Shown piece by piece: positions 47,023-58,164 of a stretch of 64,000 nucleotides of DNA. Position numbers and translations under genes: made by a program. The notes under the pieces were generated by a model. That model saw only the letters and a list, made by a program, of their open reading frames with translations. It did not search any database and had not been told where the DNA came from. This DNA comes from Eledone cirrhosa (Eukaryota): positions 240,684,001 through 240,748,000 of the forward strand of contig OZ024743.1 of NCBI GenBank assembly GCA_964016885.1, given 5' to 3'. The stretch's first letter is position 1; each line of letters starts with the position of its first letter.

Positions 47023-47348
47023 CATATATATATGTATATATATACGTGTGTGTGCGTGTATATAAAAGGCTACGTGATGTATATAAAAGTTATGGAGAGT
47101 TGATGTCCTCCAAGAAAGACTGTGATCGACAGACATACAATCTTGAGAGTCGATCAATCAATGGCACAGAAAGGATTTATATGTAAGAATCTGAACGATG
47201 TTTTCTTTTGAAACAGACTGCCGACCCCCCCCCCCCCCACACACATACACATACACGCACACACATACACACACACATACATACACATGTACATATATAC
47301 ATACAAGCATACATACGTACGTGGATACATACATATACGTACACAATG

Positions 47349-47385
<37 letters not shown>

Positions 47386-48596
47386 AATACACTCACATAT
47401 ACTAATGTATATAGTTGAACAAAATTACCATAAATTCGGTTTACAAAATTAGAGTTGATTTTTAACCAAACCTGGTGGATATGTTTTGTAGATTTAAAAA
47501 TTATTCTAGAGAACATATGTCTCTTTCAACGTTGAGATTATTGACATGTACTCAATATGAATTCATAATCACAGACTTTAGCTGACAACTCAGCCGCAAT
47601 GAATACGCAGTGATCTAACATAATCGTGTGGAATGTAATGTCTTTCACACTTGCAAAAATTACCCGTTCGGTGATAAATAGGAAATTAAAAGGGTCTCAG
47701 TGATTATTTTAACGTTCTGTTGACCCCTACTTTTGTAGTTTTAAGGTACAGTCTGTTGTCTTACAAAAGGAAGTTTATTAAATGATCGATCCTCCATCGG
47801 TTTCGACGATGAGCCTTCAGTTGTTCAAATATTTGGTTGTCTAGCTCGTGAATTAACATGTAAGTGGTTGAGTATTCCTCACACACGTGTACTTTTAATG
47901 TATTCTCAAAGTCGAATCAGCATGACATAATATGTGACAAGACTTGAACATCGATTTATAGTTACAGTCGATACAACGGACTTCCAAACTGTTTCCGCCT
48001 ACCCAATTTCTCTTGAAACTATGAAGAAGAGTTGCCACGCTGTGGGATGGAACCCGAGATCTCACGATTGCGGAGTTAACTTTTAAGCCATTCAGCCATG
48101 TCTGCATCCAAGAACATTAAATAACGCAGTCCTAAATACACTCTACATAAGAATGATGGGATAGAATTCGGTGGAATGTCTCCTCTGATCAGAGATCTGT
48201 TCAATCATGGCTGACACTTGGACTAAGCAAGCAGAAGAAAATAAGAAGAACAACAAAAACAACAAAAACACTAGCAACATCAACAACAACAAATATGATC
48301 TGATTAATCTTTTGACCTGTTAAAAATAGCAACAAAATTTTCTCAAATTACAAACAGCAGATGAGATAATATATACTGTAGCTATTCCCTATTATTTCAT
48401 TATTGGAGTGTCTTTCTGCATAGATCTGGTCTATCAGATCTCACCTGTGGCTAAACAACAACAGCATTAGCAACAACACCATCACCGGCAAAACCAAGCC
48501 ATTGAGAAAGCTGATCGTTTGACATGTTAAAAATAGCAACCAAATCTTACAGTTGTCTTACAGAAAAAAGACTCTTCGACGCATTCTACTCAAATA

Positions 48597-48786
48597 ATTG
48601 TTTCTACTTTTGGCTCAAGGCAAGCAATTATTCCAGTGCATTACTGATACTTTAATTTATCGACCCCGTAAGGATGAAAGGCAAAGGTACCCTTGGCAGG
48701 ATTTGCACTCATACCGTAAAGGGGCGTAACTCTATGCCGCAAAGCGTGGCGTCCGACCCTCTACCGAAATTGCCAATCGACCGCCT
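48597..48786 (-). mobile_element. SINE family 1 with TSD
   Basis: Full copy flanked by ttctactcaaataat on both sides (attatttgagtagaa on the element strand). Confidence 0.88.
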
Positions 48787-49359
48787 TTTCTACTCAAATA
48801 ATAAAAAATGTTATGATCATTGCTGGACAGCCTTTGCTCATGGCTCTTGATCGATAGAATGCCGTTGGACCTGTGGCTAAATAACGACAATACTAACAAC
48901 GAAACAAACGCCTATAACAGAATATGAACACACCAGTCTTGTTCTGTTTGTTTGATACATATTGGTCTGACGGTGCAAGAGCCGACGAGACTAAAACTAT
49001 CTGAAACAAGACAAGAGCAGACAAGATCAGATATTTAAATAAACAACTTTAACAATAATCCGCCATTTCATTCGGAGTGAAATTCACTAAAATGAACTCC
49101 TCTGCTCATTTTAGTCTTTCAAAATATTCTTCTTTCTGATCGTATCAATAGTGAAACGTTTGAAAGAGGAATTAATCACACTTTTGTTATCCATTCCTGT
49201 TTTGTATTTTCCACCGGCAAACAACAAACACTGTTTATTTGATTTCAAAGAGAACATGTTATCATAAATGAGATTTTAGTTGAAATTCTGAATGGTGGGT
49301 GCGGAAAGATTCCTTTATCTCCCCACTCTTTCTCTCTCCTCCCTCTCCACCCCTCCCTC

Positions 49360-49423
<64 letters not shown>

Positions 49424-49434
49424 ATATATAGATA

Positions 49435-49465
<31 letters not shown>

Positions 49466-49671
49466 TCACACACACACACATATATATATATATACATATA
49501 TACACATATATTAGTCTTCAAATTTATTATTATTACTATATACATATATATATAGTTTTCCGGCTGTATTCTATTCTATCTAGATGTTGCATCTCGGAAA
49601 GATTGGTCTGTTGTTTAAAAGATTGGTACTAGAGAGACAAAATAAAGAAAAGAGCTGCGAGGCGAACACAC

Positions 49672-49769
<98 letters not shown>

Positions 49770-49945
49770 TTGTGACTGAATGAGAAAAGGTGAGGGATAG
49801 AGACAGAGAGTAAAAGGAGTACATTTAGTTAAAGGAGGAAAGTGTTGTTTGAAAACATCGACTGCCATATAGCAGAACACTTCTATTTAAAGCAGACGGC
49901 TTATAATTGTAAGACATTTTTGGGTTTATTATTTAAGTACAACAA

Positions 49946-50137
49946 GGGCGGTGGATTGGCTGTATCGGTAGAGGGTCGGACACCATGATTTGAAGCATAG
50001 AGTTACGTCCCTTTATGATCTGAGTTCAAATCCCGCCGAGGTTAACCTTGTATTTCATCCATCCTTACGGGGTCGATAAAATAAAGTACCAGTAATGTAC
50101 TGGGTAATTGCTGGCCTTGTGCCAATAGTAGAAACAA
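49946..50137 (+). mobile_element. SINE family 1 with TSD
   Basis: TSD attatttaagtacaac (49928-49943 / 50137-50152); tail plus TSD is duplicated again at 50153-50175. Confidence 0.9.
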
Positions 50138-50199
50138 TTATTTAAGTACAACTAGAAACAATTATTTAAGTACAAAAACAGTCGTGAAAAATGGAAATC

Positions 50200-50307
<108 letters not shown>

Positions 50308-50346
50308 CATATATGTATGTATGTGTATATATATATATATATATAT

Positions 50347-51314
50347 AAAGCCCAAGTCATTACACCTGATGGGATGACAGAGTTCTTTGAGATACTGGCT
50401 GGAGTGCTCCAGGGAGATACATTGGTTCCCTACCTTTTTATCATCGTAGTGGACTATTGTATGCGCCTTGCACTGGAGAAACACCAGGACTCTGGCTTTA
50501 CTGTAGCACCGGCTCAGAGCAGGAGAGTTAGGGCGAAAAAGGTATCGGATACTGAATTTGCCGACGACATAGTTTTGGTGACAAATACAGTGAAGGAGGC
50601 AGAGGATTTGATGCGGGAGGTTGAGACTGTGTCGATGAGTCTGGGGCTGAGAATGAATGAGACTAAAACAAAATATCTGGTAGAGAATGTTGAGAAGCCA
50701 GAGGGGATCACTAATGTAGGCGGGAAGCCGCTGGAATTGGTTGAGGACTTCCTGTATTTGGGAGCAAAGATTGGAATACGGAAGATGATGTGGTTGAGAG
50801 GAAGAGCAAGGCCTGGGCGGCGTGTCATAGCTTGAGATCGGTGTGGAAGTCGGACCTTCGTAGAGACCCGAAAATCCGCCTCTTCATTGCTGTAGTGGAG
50901 TCTGTACTGCTGTATGGGTCTGAGACTTGGACACTGACCAAGAAACTCACTCAGATGGTGGATGGGTGCTACACGAGAATGCTGAGGATGGCTCTGAACA
51001 TTAATCAGTATACACTGAGGATGAAAAACTCAGAGCTGTATGGGAGCATCCCAAAAGTCAGCTCAAAAGTGACACAGAGGAGACTTAGGTTAGCTGGACA
51101 TGCTCACCGACATCCAGAGTTGACATTGCACTCAGTACTTCTTTGGGAGCCCCTACATGGACACACTAGAAGAGGAAGACCAAGGTTAACGTATGTTGAT
51201 GCGCTAAGGACAGACACTGGTCTGTTGGAGATACAGGACATGGCAGCGATAATGAGGGACAGAGACCGCTGGAGAGAACTCGTCCATGGATCTCGGGAAT
51301 TTTACCCGCCTTAG
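50347..51314 (+). mobile_element. RTE-clade LINE, 5'-truncated RT
   Basis: GVLQGDTLVPYLF, EFADDI, FLYLG, then one frameshift near 50770 and the C-terminal LLYGSETW...LAGHAHRH; begins in (TA)n. Confidence 0.92.
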
Positions 51315-51319
51315 ATATA

Positions 51320-52368
51320 TAATACGTATAGTTAGCACACCAAACGTATAATTGGGATTATACTAAGGTATATCCTAATGTTTGTTGAGTGAGACGGAAG
51401 CCGGTCGGAGTATTGCTTAAAGCTTTCTCTGTTAATGTATTAAATATTATACTCTTGATTTGGCCAGAGATGAATATTTCCAGATACTTTTTAGGTATGA
51501 CTTTCTGTATTTATTCTTTGTATGAAATATTGATTGTTTTTCCGGTATCTTGTCTCTGTTTTTAGCCTAAGAAAATACCTATATGCGTGTATAAATAATA
51601 CATGCATATATTTATTTTTTTTATATCCAATTGAGTTCTTCACGTATGTTTAAAATTATTGAAAGAATTATTTGACCTGCGTGCATATTATTTCATCTTT
51701 TTATGTTTTGCGATGACCTCCCCTTCCCGCTTGGTGACGGTGTGAGATTTCTCTTTGTGAGACTGCTGGAATTTCAAATTTGGCGGTCACTCTAACACTG
51801 ACGGGTACCATCACTGAATATTAATATCGGTAGGGTTTTTTTTATATCGATATTGTCGGGCATCCACTAATGATTTATAAGTGCCCACCTACATATATTC
51901 CTATGGACTATGTGTAGGCTTCTACATAACCTCGACATTATTTTTCCAATTTGTGGATTGGCAGTATCGGTAGAGGGTTGGACGCCATGCTTTGCAGCAA
52001 AGAATTACGGCCCTTTATGGTCTGAGTTCAAATCCCGCCGAGGTTAACTTTGCCTTTCATCCTTACGGGGTCGATAAAATAAAGTACCAGTGGTACACTG
52101 GAATAATTGCTGGCCTTGTGCCAAAAGTAGAAACAATTATTTTTCCAATTTGTAGAAAACTTATAATGAAACGATCGTTTGGAAAGAGAGATGCATTTAA
52201 TTACGTCTCATATAAAATAATACAACTGGCTATCCGCAAAATACGTAAAGTTAGCACCCCAAACATATAATTGGGATTATACTAAGGTATATCCTAATGT
52301 TTGTTGAGTGAGACGGAAGCCGGTCGGAGTATTAATTAAAGCTTTCTCTATTAATGTATTAAATATAT
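51320..52368 (+). mobile_element. Non-coding element bounded by ~130-bp direct repeats (family G), interrupted by a SINE
   Basis: 51320-51447 is nearly identical to 52239-52366; ends in (TA)n. SINE at 51955-52135 has an 18-bp TSD attatttttccaatttgt. Confidence 0.75.
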
Positions 52369-52487
52369 ATATATATATATATATTAAGTAAAAGCTAAGT
52401 GGAAATATCCAAGAGTAAGAACACTCAATCCATAGGACGAGCACAATAAACCATAGGCGGCCATCTTTGGTTTTTATTTTTCTCATG

Positions 52488-52538
52488 ACAGGCTGAATGA
52501 ATTGGGGGCCAAGAACCTAACGAAACTTGAGTACCTGT
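52488..52538 (+). ncRNA. Type I hammerhead variant with 8-nt core CUGAAUGA (family E)
   Basis: ACAGG-CUGAAUGA-auuggg...ccuaac-GAAA-CUUGAG-UA-CCUGU. The inverted family tail lies at 52385-52450. Confidence 0.75.
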
Positions 52539-52552
52539 TTCTGTCACTGTTG

Positions 52553-52591
<39 letters not shown>

Positions 52592-52656
52592 TAAAAGTGC
52601 TTCCAATCTACTGTAAAACTCATTCTTTGATGTACTCATTGAATATTGTTTAACTC

Positions 52657-52737
<81 letters not shown>

Positions 52738-53289
52738 GGTAAACATTGATGCAATTCAATTCAAGCACTCAACGTACTTTTTCCACATAGGAGTGACGGA
52801 GTAAATATCGAATAAGGAAAAGCGAAGTAGTTTCAGATGTTCAAGTCCTTTAATAATATATATATATATATATACAGTATATATATATATACATATGTAT
52901 GTAATGCTAATTTACTTAACAATAACAACTATTTCAAGATAAAAATCTAAATTCATTTGTTGAGATGATGGAACAACAAAATGTAAAAATAAAACGAAAA
53001 AATTGTAAACATTGAACTAGATATCCTTTCCTGAAACATTATTCGGAACAAATTAATTGCAGGTTGCTAAATTCAGTGTCACATGATATTGTGTTATATG
53101 ATATAATATGATATGATATAATATAATAATATATTATATTATATTATATTATAATATATTATATATATATTGATTCAACGGCAAAAGCTCAGCCGTTAGG
53201 CAGTAACTCTTTACAATACCCACACTTTACGTTACTCAATATCAAGTATTTACCTCTCAATGGTCTTACTTGTCTAAACTGGTAACTCC

Positions 53290-53387
<98 letters not shown>

Positions 53388-53455
53388 AAAAAGAGATGAA
53401 ATCGAAAATGCAACTGAAGTCTTATTTTTTTTAAAAATATATATATTTATTGGTT

Positions 53456-53493
53456 CCTTTACCGGTTTCGCAGTTCTTCTGCTTTTCAAAAGG
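53456..53493 (-). ncRNA. Minimal 38-nt hammerhead variant (U3/A8 core)
   Basis: CCUU-UUGAAAA-GCAG aagaa CUGC-GAAA-CCGG-UA-AAGG, in the pLTR position expected for a PLE hammerhead. Confidence 0.8.
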
Positions 53494-53981
53494 TGAGTTG
53501 AGATGGAGGGTCTGTGGTTTTTCTCACATCTGGTTGGTCTCTAAATGTTACTTGTTTTATATGGAAAAAGTGGCTCGATTTTTTTGTCAATAATTATAAT
53601 AAATTTCGCGCCAGTTCGCGTTACAATAGTTCTTCAAATAAGAGAGAGGGGGGGGGGGTTGTCACAGGTTGTTTTTTCATATATGAGTGTTTGAATTTCT
53701 TTTTACTTGAAAAAAGGAGGCTCACGAAGGCTTTTTTTTGGTTGGTTATAAATGAAATTTGGCTGTCACGTGAACAAGTTTTCATTACATTTTTGCGCCC
53801 TTATTTGGAAAACTATTCTGTAGTCTTTATAGTGAATGTTATGACAATGGAGAGATAGTGGTCAAGGGAAAAGGGATTGGGAGAAATGTTCTGGTTCAGT
53901 GAATATGGCCAGCTGTCAGAGTTCAGGTGTCAGAGTTCAGATTTTCTATTGAGACTGAAGATATGTGTTTATTTGTGTGCT

Positions 53982-54014
<33 letters not shown>

Positions 54015-54504
54015 ATGTGTGTATTGGAAGATGATTCTATTAGTAGAGATGGGGGAGGGAGTTGTGTGTGTGTGTATATGGGTGTTATGTGTGTGTGTGC
54101 GAGTATGTTAAGATGGAGAGAATATATATTTTGTGTGTGTGTATATATATATGTGTGTAGGAAAGTGGTTCTATTAGTAGAAATGGGGAGGGAGTTGTAG
54201 GTGTGGGGGTTGTTATGTGTGTGTATGGGTGTTATGTGTGTGGGAGTATGGTTAGCATGTTAAGATGAAGAGAATATATATATATATATATATTGTGTGT
54301 GTGTGTATGTGTGTGTGTAGGAAAGTGATTCCTTTAGTAGGAATATTTTTGAATGAACATATTTTCCTGACTTTTTCGTGTTTGCTGTTGTATTGCCAGT
54401 GCAAACGTATGTTAAGGTTTATTTAGTTCGGGTTTTTATTTTCTAAAGTAGAAGGTGTTATGTGTGTGTGTGTATGTCATATTGTGGTGTTGACATAATG
54501 TATA

Positions 54505-56802
54505 TTAAACCTTATTTAATGTTGGTCTATATTTTTGAATAAACATATTTTCCTTATTTATTCGCATTTGTTCTGTTGTATTGTTAGCGCAAAGGTAAAA
54601 TGGGAAGACTTGGAATTTGGGTGTCTTATTACTTGCGCAAATGTCTAAATGTGCACTTAGTGGTATCTGTCTCGTGGTTGGATCTCGTAATTGTTGGCGA
54701 TGAACTGTCATTCTGTTTCTGAGTGTGAGTTTAGTTTGTCCTATATAATCTTCATTGCATCCTTTACATTTAATGGCATAAATTAGATTTTTTGATGAGC
54801 AAGTGAAGTGATTTTTTACAGTAAAAATTTGTCCTGATTTAAATGTATACGTGTTGCCTTCAATGAGGTGAGTGCAGGTTCCACAATTAGAGCGACCACA
54901 TTTTTTGATACTTGGTTGTGGGTTTGTGGTAGATAATTTGGCATTGGTGAGTAATGTTTTCAGTGATTTTGGTTGTCTTTTGCTTTTGATTATTTTGTGT
55001 GTTTCAAGGGCTTTTTTCATTCTTGGGTTTTGTTTTAGTAGTGGGATGTTATTGTGAATAGTGTTGTAAGCTTCCGCATTTCTTGGGTTGTGTGTTGAGA
55101 TATATGATAGAATATTGGACGTACCTTGAATTTGTTTCTGTTTCCGTAATTCATCAATGCCTATTGCTTTAGCCCTTTCTATTCCATTATTTATTAGTAA
55201 TAGTGGGTACTCTCTCTCAAGTAGAATTTCCTTTAATTCTTGAAGTCTTTTATTTCGCGTTTCATAATTGGAGACAATTGTGCAAATTCTTCTTGCTAGG
55301 TTAAAAGGAATGTTCGTCTTCGTGTGCTTTGGATGGTTGGAGGTGAATAGCAGATATTGTTTGGAATCTGTTGGTTTGTAGTGTATGTCAGTTTCGATAT
55401 TTGTGTCTTTTTTTGTGATTAAGATGTCCAGAAATGGGAGTTGATCTTGGCTGTATTCCATTGTGAATTGGATGTGGTTATTGATGCCGTTTATTAAGTT
55501 TTTGAAATCCTTCAGTTGGTCGAGTGTGTGGGACCAAAGAATGAGGCAATCATCCAAGTAGCGTTTCCAATTCTCTGATAAATATTTGTGGAAGTTCAAT
55601 CCGTATTTTGATTTGGACTGTTCATATATCTGGACTTCTAAGTATGCCATGACTAAGTTGGCATAAGTTGGAGCGGCTTTTGTGCCCATCGCAGTCCCCG
55701 ATATTTGCTTGTAAGTATTGCCATCGAAATCAAAAAAGTTGTTCTGTAGGATGAATTTTAATCCCTCGGTGATGAAGCTTTTTTCTATTCTGTCAGGTAT
55801 CTCATTGGGATATTTCTCTAGCCAGAATCCTATTGCTTCTAGTCCGTATTGGTGTGGGATCGTTGTGTAGAGATTCACTACACCGAAAGACACAATAATA
55901 GTGTCGTTGTTGACATGTTTGGGGAGGTGGTTTAAGAGGTCCAGATCGTCTCTTACAAGGCTTGGTATGTGTTTCAGTATTGGTTTCAGTAGTATGTCTA
56001 TAAAGTTGCTCAATCTGTGTGTTTCACATTGTGGGCCCGCTACAATTGGTCTTAATTTAAGGTCTGTGGGGTATTGTGTGTTCACGCAGGCTGAGGTGGA
56101 TTGTTTACAGGCATCGTTGATTATTTTACATTTGTGGATCTTCGGAAGTCCGTAAAGGTTGCTGGTTTTGTATTCAAAATTTGTTAAATAATCGCGTTCC
56201 TTTTTAGTTAGGTCTTCCTGGTATCGATAAATCAGTGTGTTTAATTTGGTCATTATTTTTGATTGCTGGTAGTTTTTTACTCTTTCATAGTAATTAGTAT
56301 TTTGTAAGAGAGAGAACATAGAATTTTTATATTTTTCAGCCTCCATAATGACAACAGTACTTCCCTTGTCCGCTTCCTTAATTACAATGTCCGTATTGTT
56401 TTTTAGTTCATGGATAATCTCCCATTCCCTTCGACTTGTGTTGGGTTTGGGTTTAGGTTGCGGTAGTTCATGGTATGGGAAGGTAGCTATGTGGTCACAA
56501 AATTTGTCCAGAACTCTGTTTCTACCTTTTGTTGGGTTGTAGCTGCTTTTATTCCGTACAATTGATTCGTCGTTATTCTCCTTGTCAAAGAATTCCTCTG
56601 TGAGACGTAATTTTCTACAGAAGTGTGAGATATCGTCATTTATCTCGTTGGGGTTAGGATATTGTGGTGTTGGTGTGAATTTCAGACCTTTGGAGAGAGT
56701 TTTTACTTGTTGGGCTGAGAGGTTTGTATTTGAAATGTTAATTATTTTCGGTTTTTCAAAATCGTTTGTGCCACCGGGTGTCGTGAGTCCTGTAGCCTTG
56801 GT
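54505..56802 (-). CDS. PLE reverse transcriptase - GIY-YIG endonuclease frame (765 codons; first ATG at 56346)
   Basis: Open upstream of the track ORF: IINISNTNLS...LSKGLKFTPTP...IKEADKG; then LYGLPKIHK, LRPIV, GTAMG, RYLDD, CGRSNCGTC, LIYAIKC...YIGQT. Motif A reads SFGVVNLY, with the catalytic Asp replaced by Gly. Confidence 0.92.
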   Translation of the reverse strand, partial: TKATGLTTPGGTNDFEKPKIINISNTNLSAQQVKTLSKGLKFTPTPQYPNPNEINDDISHFCRKLRLTEEFFDKENNDESIVRNKSSYNPTKGRNRVLDKFCDHIATFPYHELPQPKPKPNTSRREWEIIHELKNNTDIVIKEADKGSTVVIMEAEKYKNSMFSLLQNTNYYERVKNYQQSKIMTKLNTLIYRYQEDLTKKERDYLTNFEYKTSNLYGLPKIHKCKIINDACKQSTSACVNTQYPTDLKLRPIVAGPQCETHRLSNFIDILLKPILKHIPSLVRDDLDLLNHLPKHVNNDTIIVSFGVVNLYTTIPHQYGLEAIGFWLEKYPNEIPDRIEKSFITEGLKFILQNNFFDFDGNTYKQISGTAMGTKAAPTYANLVMAYLEVQIYEQSKSKYGLNFHKYLSENWKRYLDDCLILWSHTLDQLKDFKNLINGINNHIQFTMEYSQDQLPFLDILITKKDTNIETDIHYKPTDSKQYLLFTSNHPKHTKTNIPFNLARRICTIVSNYETRNKRLQELKEILLEREYPLLLINNGIERAKAIGIDELRKQKQIQGTSNILSYISTHNPRNAEAYNTIHNNIPLLKQNPRMKKALETHKIIKSKRQPKSLKTLLTNAKLSTTNPQPSIKKCGRSNCGTCTHLIEGNTYTFKSGQIFTVKNHFTCSSKNLIYAIKCKGCNEDYIGQTKLTLRNRMTVHRQQLRDPTTRQIPLSAHLDICASNKTPKFQVFPFYLCANNTTEQMRINKENMFIQKYRPTLNKV

Positions 56803-57937
56803 CTAAAAAATGATTTTTCTGGAATGTTTTTTCATTGGTATTATTATATCTAATGGTATTTCCCCTGTTGTTGTGTGGTCTTGTATAGAAGTTTCGGACG
56901 TATTGAGGTTCGGTTTGTTGATAGTCCGGGTTGTAGATTTGGTTCCTTTGTGTGGGTTGGGATCTATGGTTTTGGAACAGGCTCTGTGTGGGCAGGGGTC
57001 TACGGTTTTGGAATAGGTTTTGTATGGGTTGTGATCTGCGGATCAGGTCCTGCCTTGTGTTCGGGGATCTTTGGTTTTTGTTAGTAGGGTTATAGTTTTG
57101 TCTATGGTTTCTGGGATTATCGTTATAGTTTTGCTGGGGGTATGTTGGACGTTTTGTTACTTTTTTTGTTATTTGTTGTGCATGTGGTGTGTGAGTTTTA
57201 GTTTGTTTTAAAAATGGGTTACCTGTATGTTGTTCATTTTTGAAGTCCATTTCGTAGTTGTTGAACCAGGTGGCGTTTTTTTCCCATCGCTGGAGGGATG
57301 TGAGTTCTTCATCCTCAGAGTTTTCTTTCCAAAGTTTTAGGTTTTTTTTGTAGAGTAGGCCTTCAGAGTGCTTTGAGATTTCTGTGTCCATCTGTTGGTC
57401 GAGTGACTTGAATTTTTCTTCGTTGGAGTTGGCTCTTAATCGCAACAGTTCTATTTCTGTTTTAAATTTTTCCAATGCCATCTTTTCCCTAAGTCTTTGT
57501 TGGTTTTCTGGTTCATTCGGGATGGGTTTTATTTGGAGTTTTTTGGGGAGGATGATTGGGGTAGAGTTTAGCCACTTTTCATATATGTCTGCCTTGCCAT
57601 TATTTTTTAGGAGATTCCAAAGGGCGAATTTGCGGGCTGTGAGCTTTTGAGTCCATATGTTGATTAGGGTGTTTTTCACTGAGTGGACATCTCGTAGATT
57701 GGGTTCTAACGGTTGTTCAAGCTTTTGGAGCATTGCTGTTTCAATGGTTTCGATTAGCTTAGTTAATACTGGAGTAATATTCGTCTCTTGGGTATTTTCT
57801 GTTTCTTCGTGGGGTCCTTTTTTATAGATGTGTATTTGGTCCACTTTGTTGGTCAAAATTGAGAGTTTAGAGGAAATCTCTTTGAGTTCATTTAAGATGT
57901 CCTGGTTCAGTGAGTTGTTGTTTTGTTGAGACTTTGG
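56756..57937 (-). CDS. PLE upstream ORF1, 5'-truncated; helical/coiled-coil-like region followed by a Q/N/R-rich low-complexity tail
   Basis: The frame stays open from the inversion junction (~57937) to TGA at 56756. Charged heptad-like segment QQRLREKMALEKFKTEIELLRLRA; A-rich codon use like the RT frame. Confidence 0.75.
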   Translation of the reverse strand, partial: PKSQQNNNSLNQDILNELKEISSKLSILTNKVDQIHIYKKGPHEETENTQETNITPVLTKLIETIETAMLQKLEQPLEPNLRDVHSVKNTLINIWTQKLTARKFALWNLLKNNGKADIYEKWLNSTPIILPKKLQIKPIPNEPENQQRLREKMALEKFKTEIELLRLRANSNEEKFKSLDQQMDTEISKHSEGLLYKKNLKLWKENSEDEELTSLQRWEKNATWFNNYEMDFKNEQHTGNPFLKQTKTHTPHAQQITKKVTKRPTYPQQNYNDNPRNHRQNYNPTNKNQRSPNTRQDLIRRSQPIQNLFQNRRPLPTQSLFQNHRSQPTQRNQIYNPDYQQTEPQYVRNFYTRPHNNRGNTIRYNNTNEKTFQKNHFLDQGYRTHDTRWHKRF

Positions 57938-57963
57938 TGTAGGACACCTCGGTTATTTTTCAT

Positions 57964-57999
<36 letters not shown>

Positions 58000-58002
58000 C
58001 AC

Positions 58003-58056
<54 letters not shown>

Positions 58057-58164
58057 GAAAAGTATAGAAATATATATATATATATTTCTATTTCACTCTC
58101 GCTTTCTCTCAATCTATGTATATATATGTATATATATGTATATATATGTATATATATATATAGT

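Larger units (their letters stand above)
53385..58008 (-). mobile_element. Near full-length Neptune-type Penelope-like element
   Basis: ORF1, RT-GIY-YIG frame, ~1.1-kb 3' region with internal GT-rich repeats and a hammerhead. Inverted pLTR tip at 57937-58008; (TA)n at both junctions. Confidence 0.93.

Noticed and set aside
56805-56811. HIV-type -1 frameshift at U-UUU-UUA as the route into RT
   Set aside because: In this copy the -1 frame stops after ~20 codons; RT is in the +1 frame.
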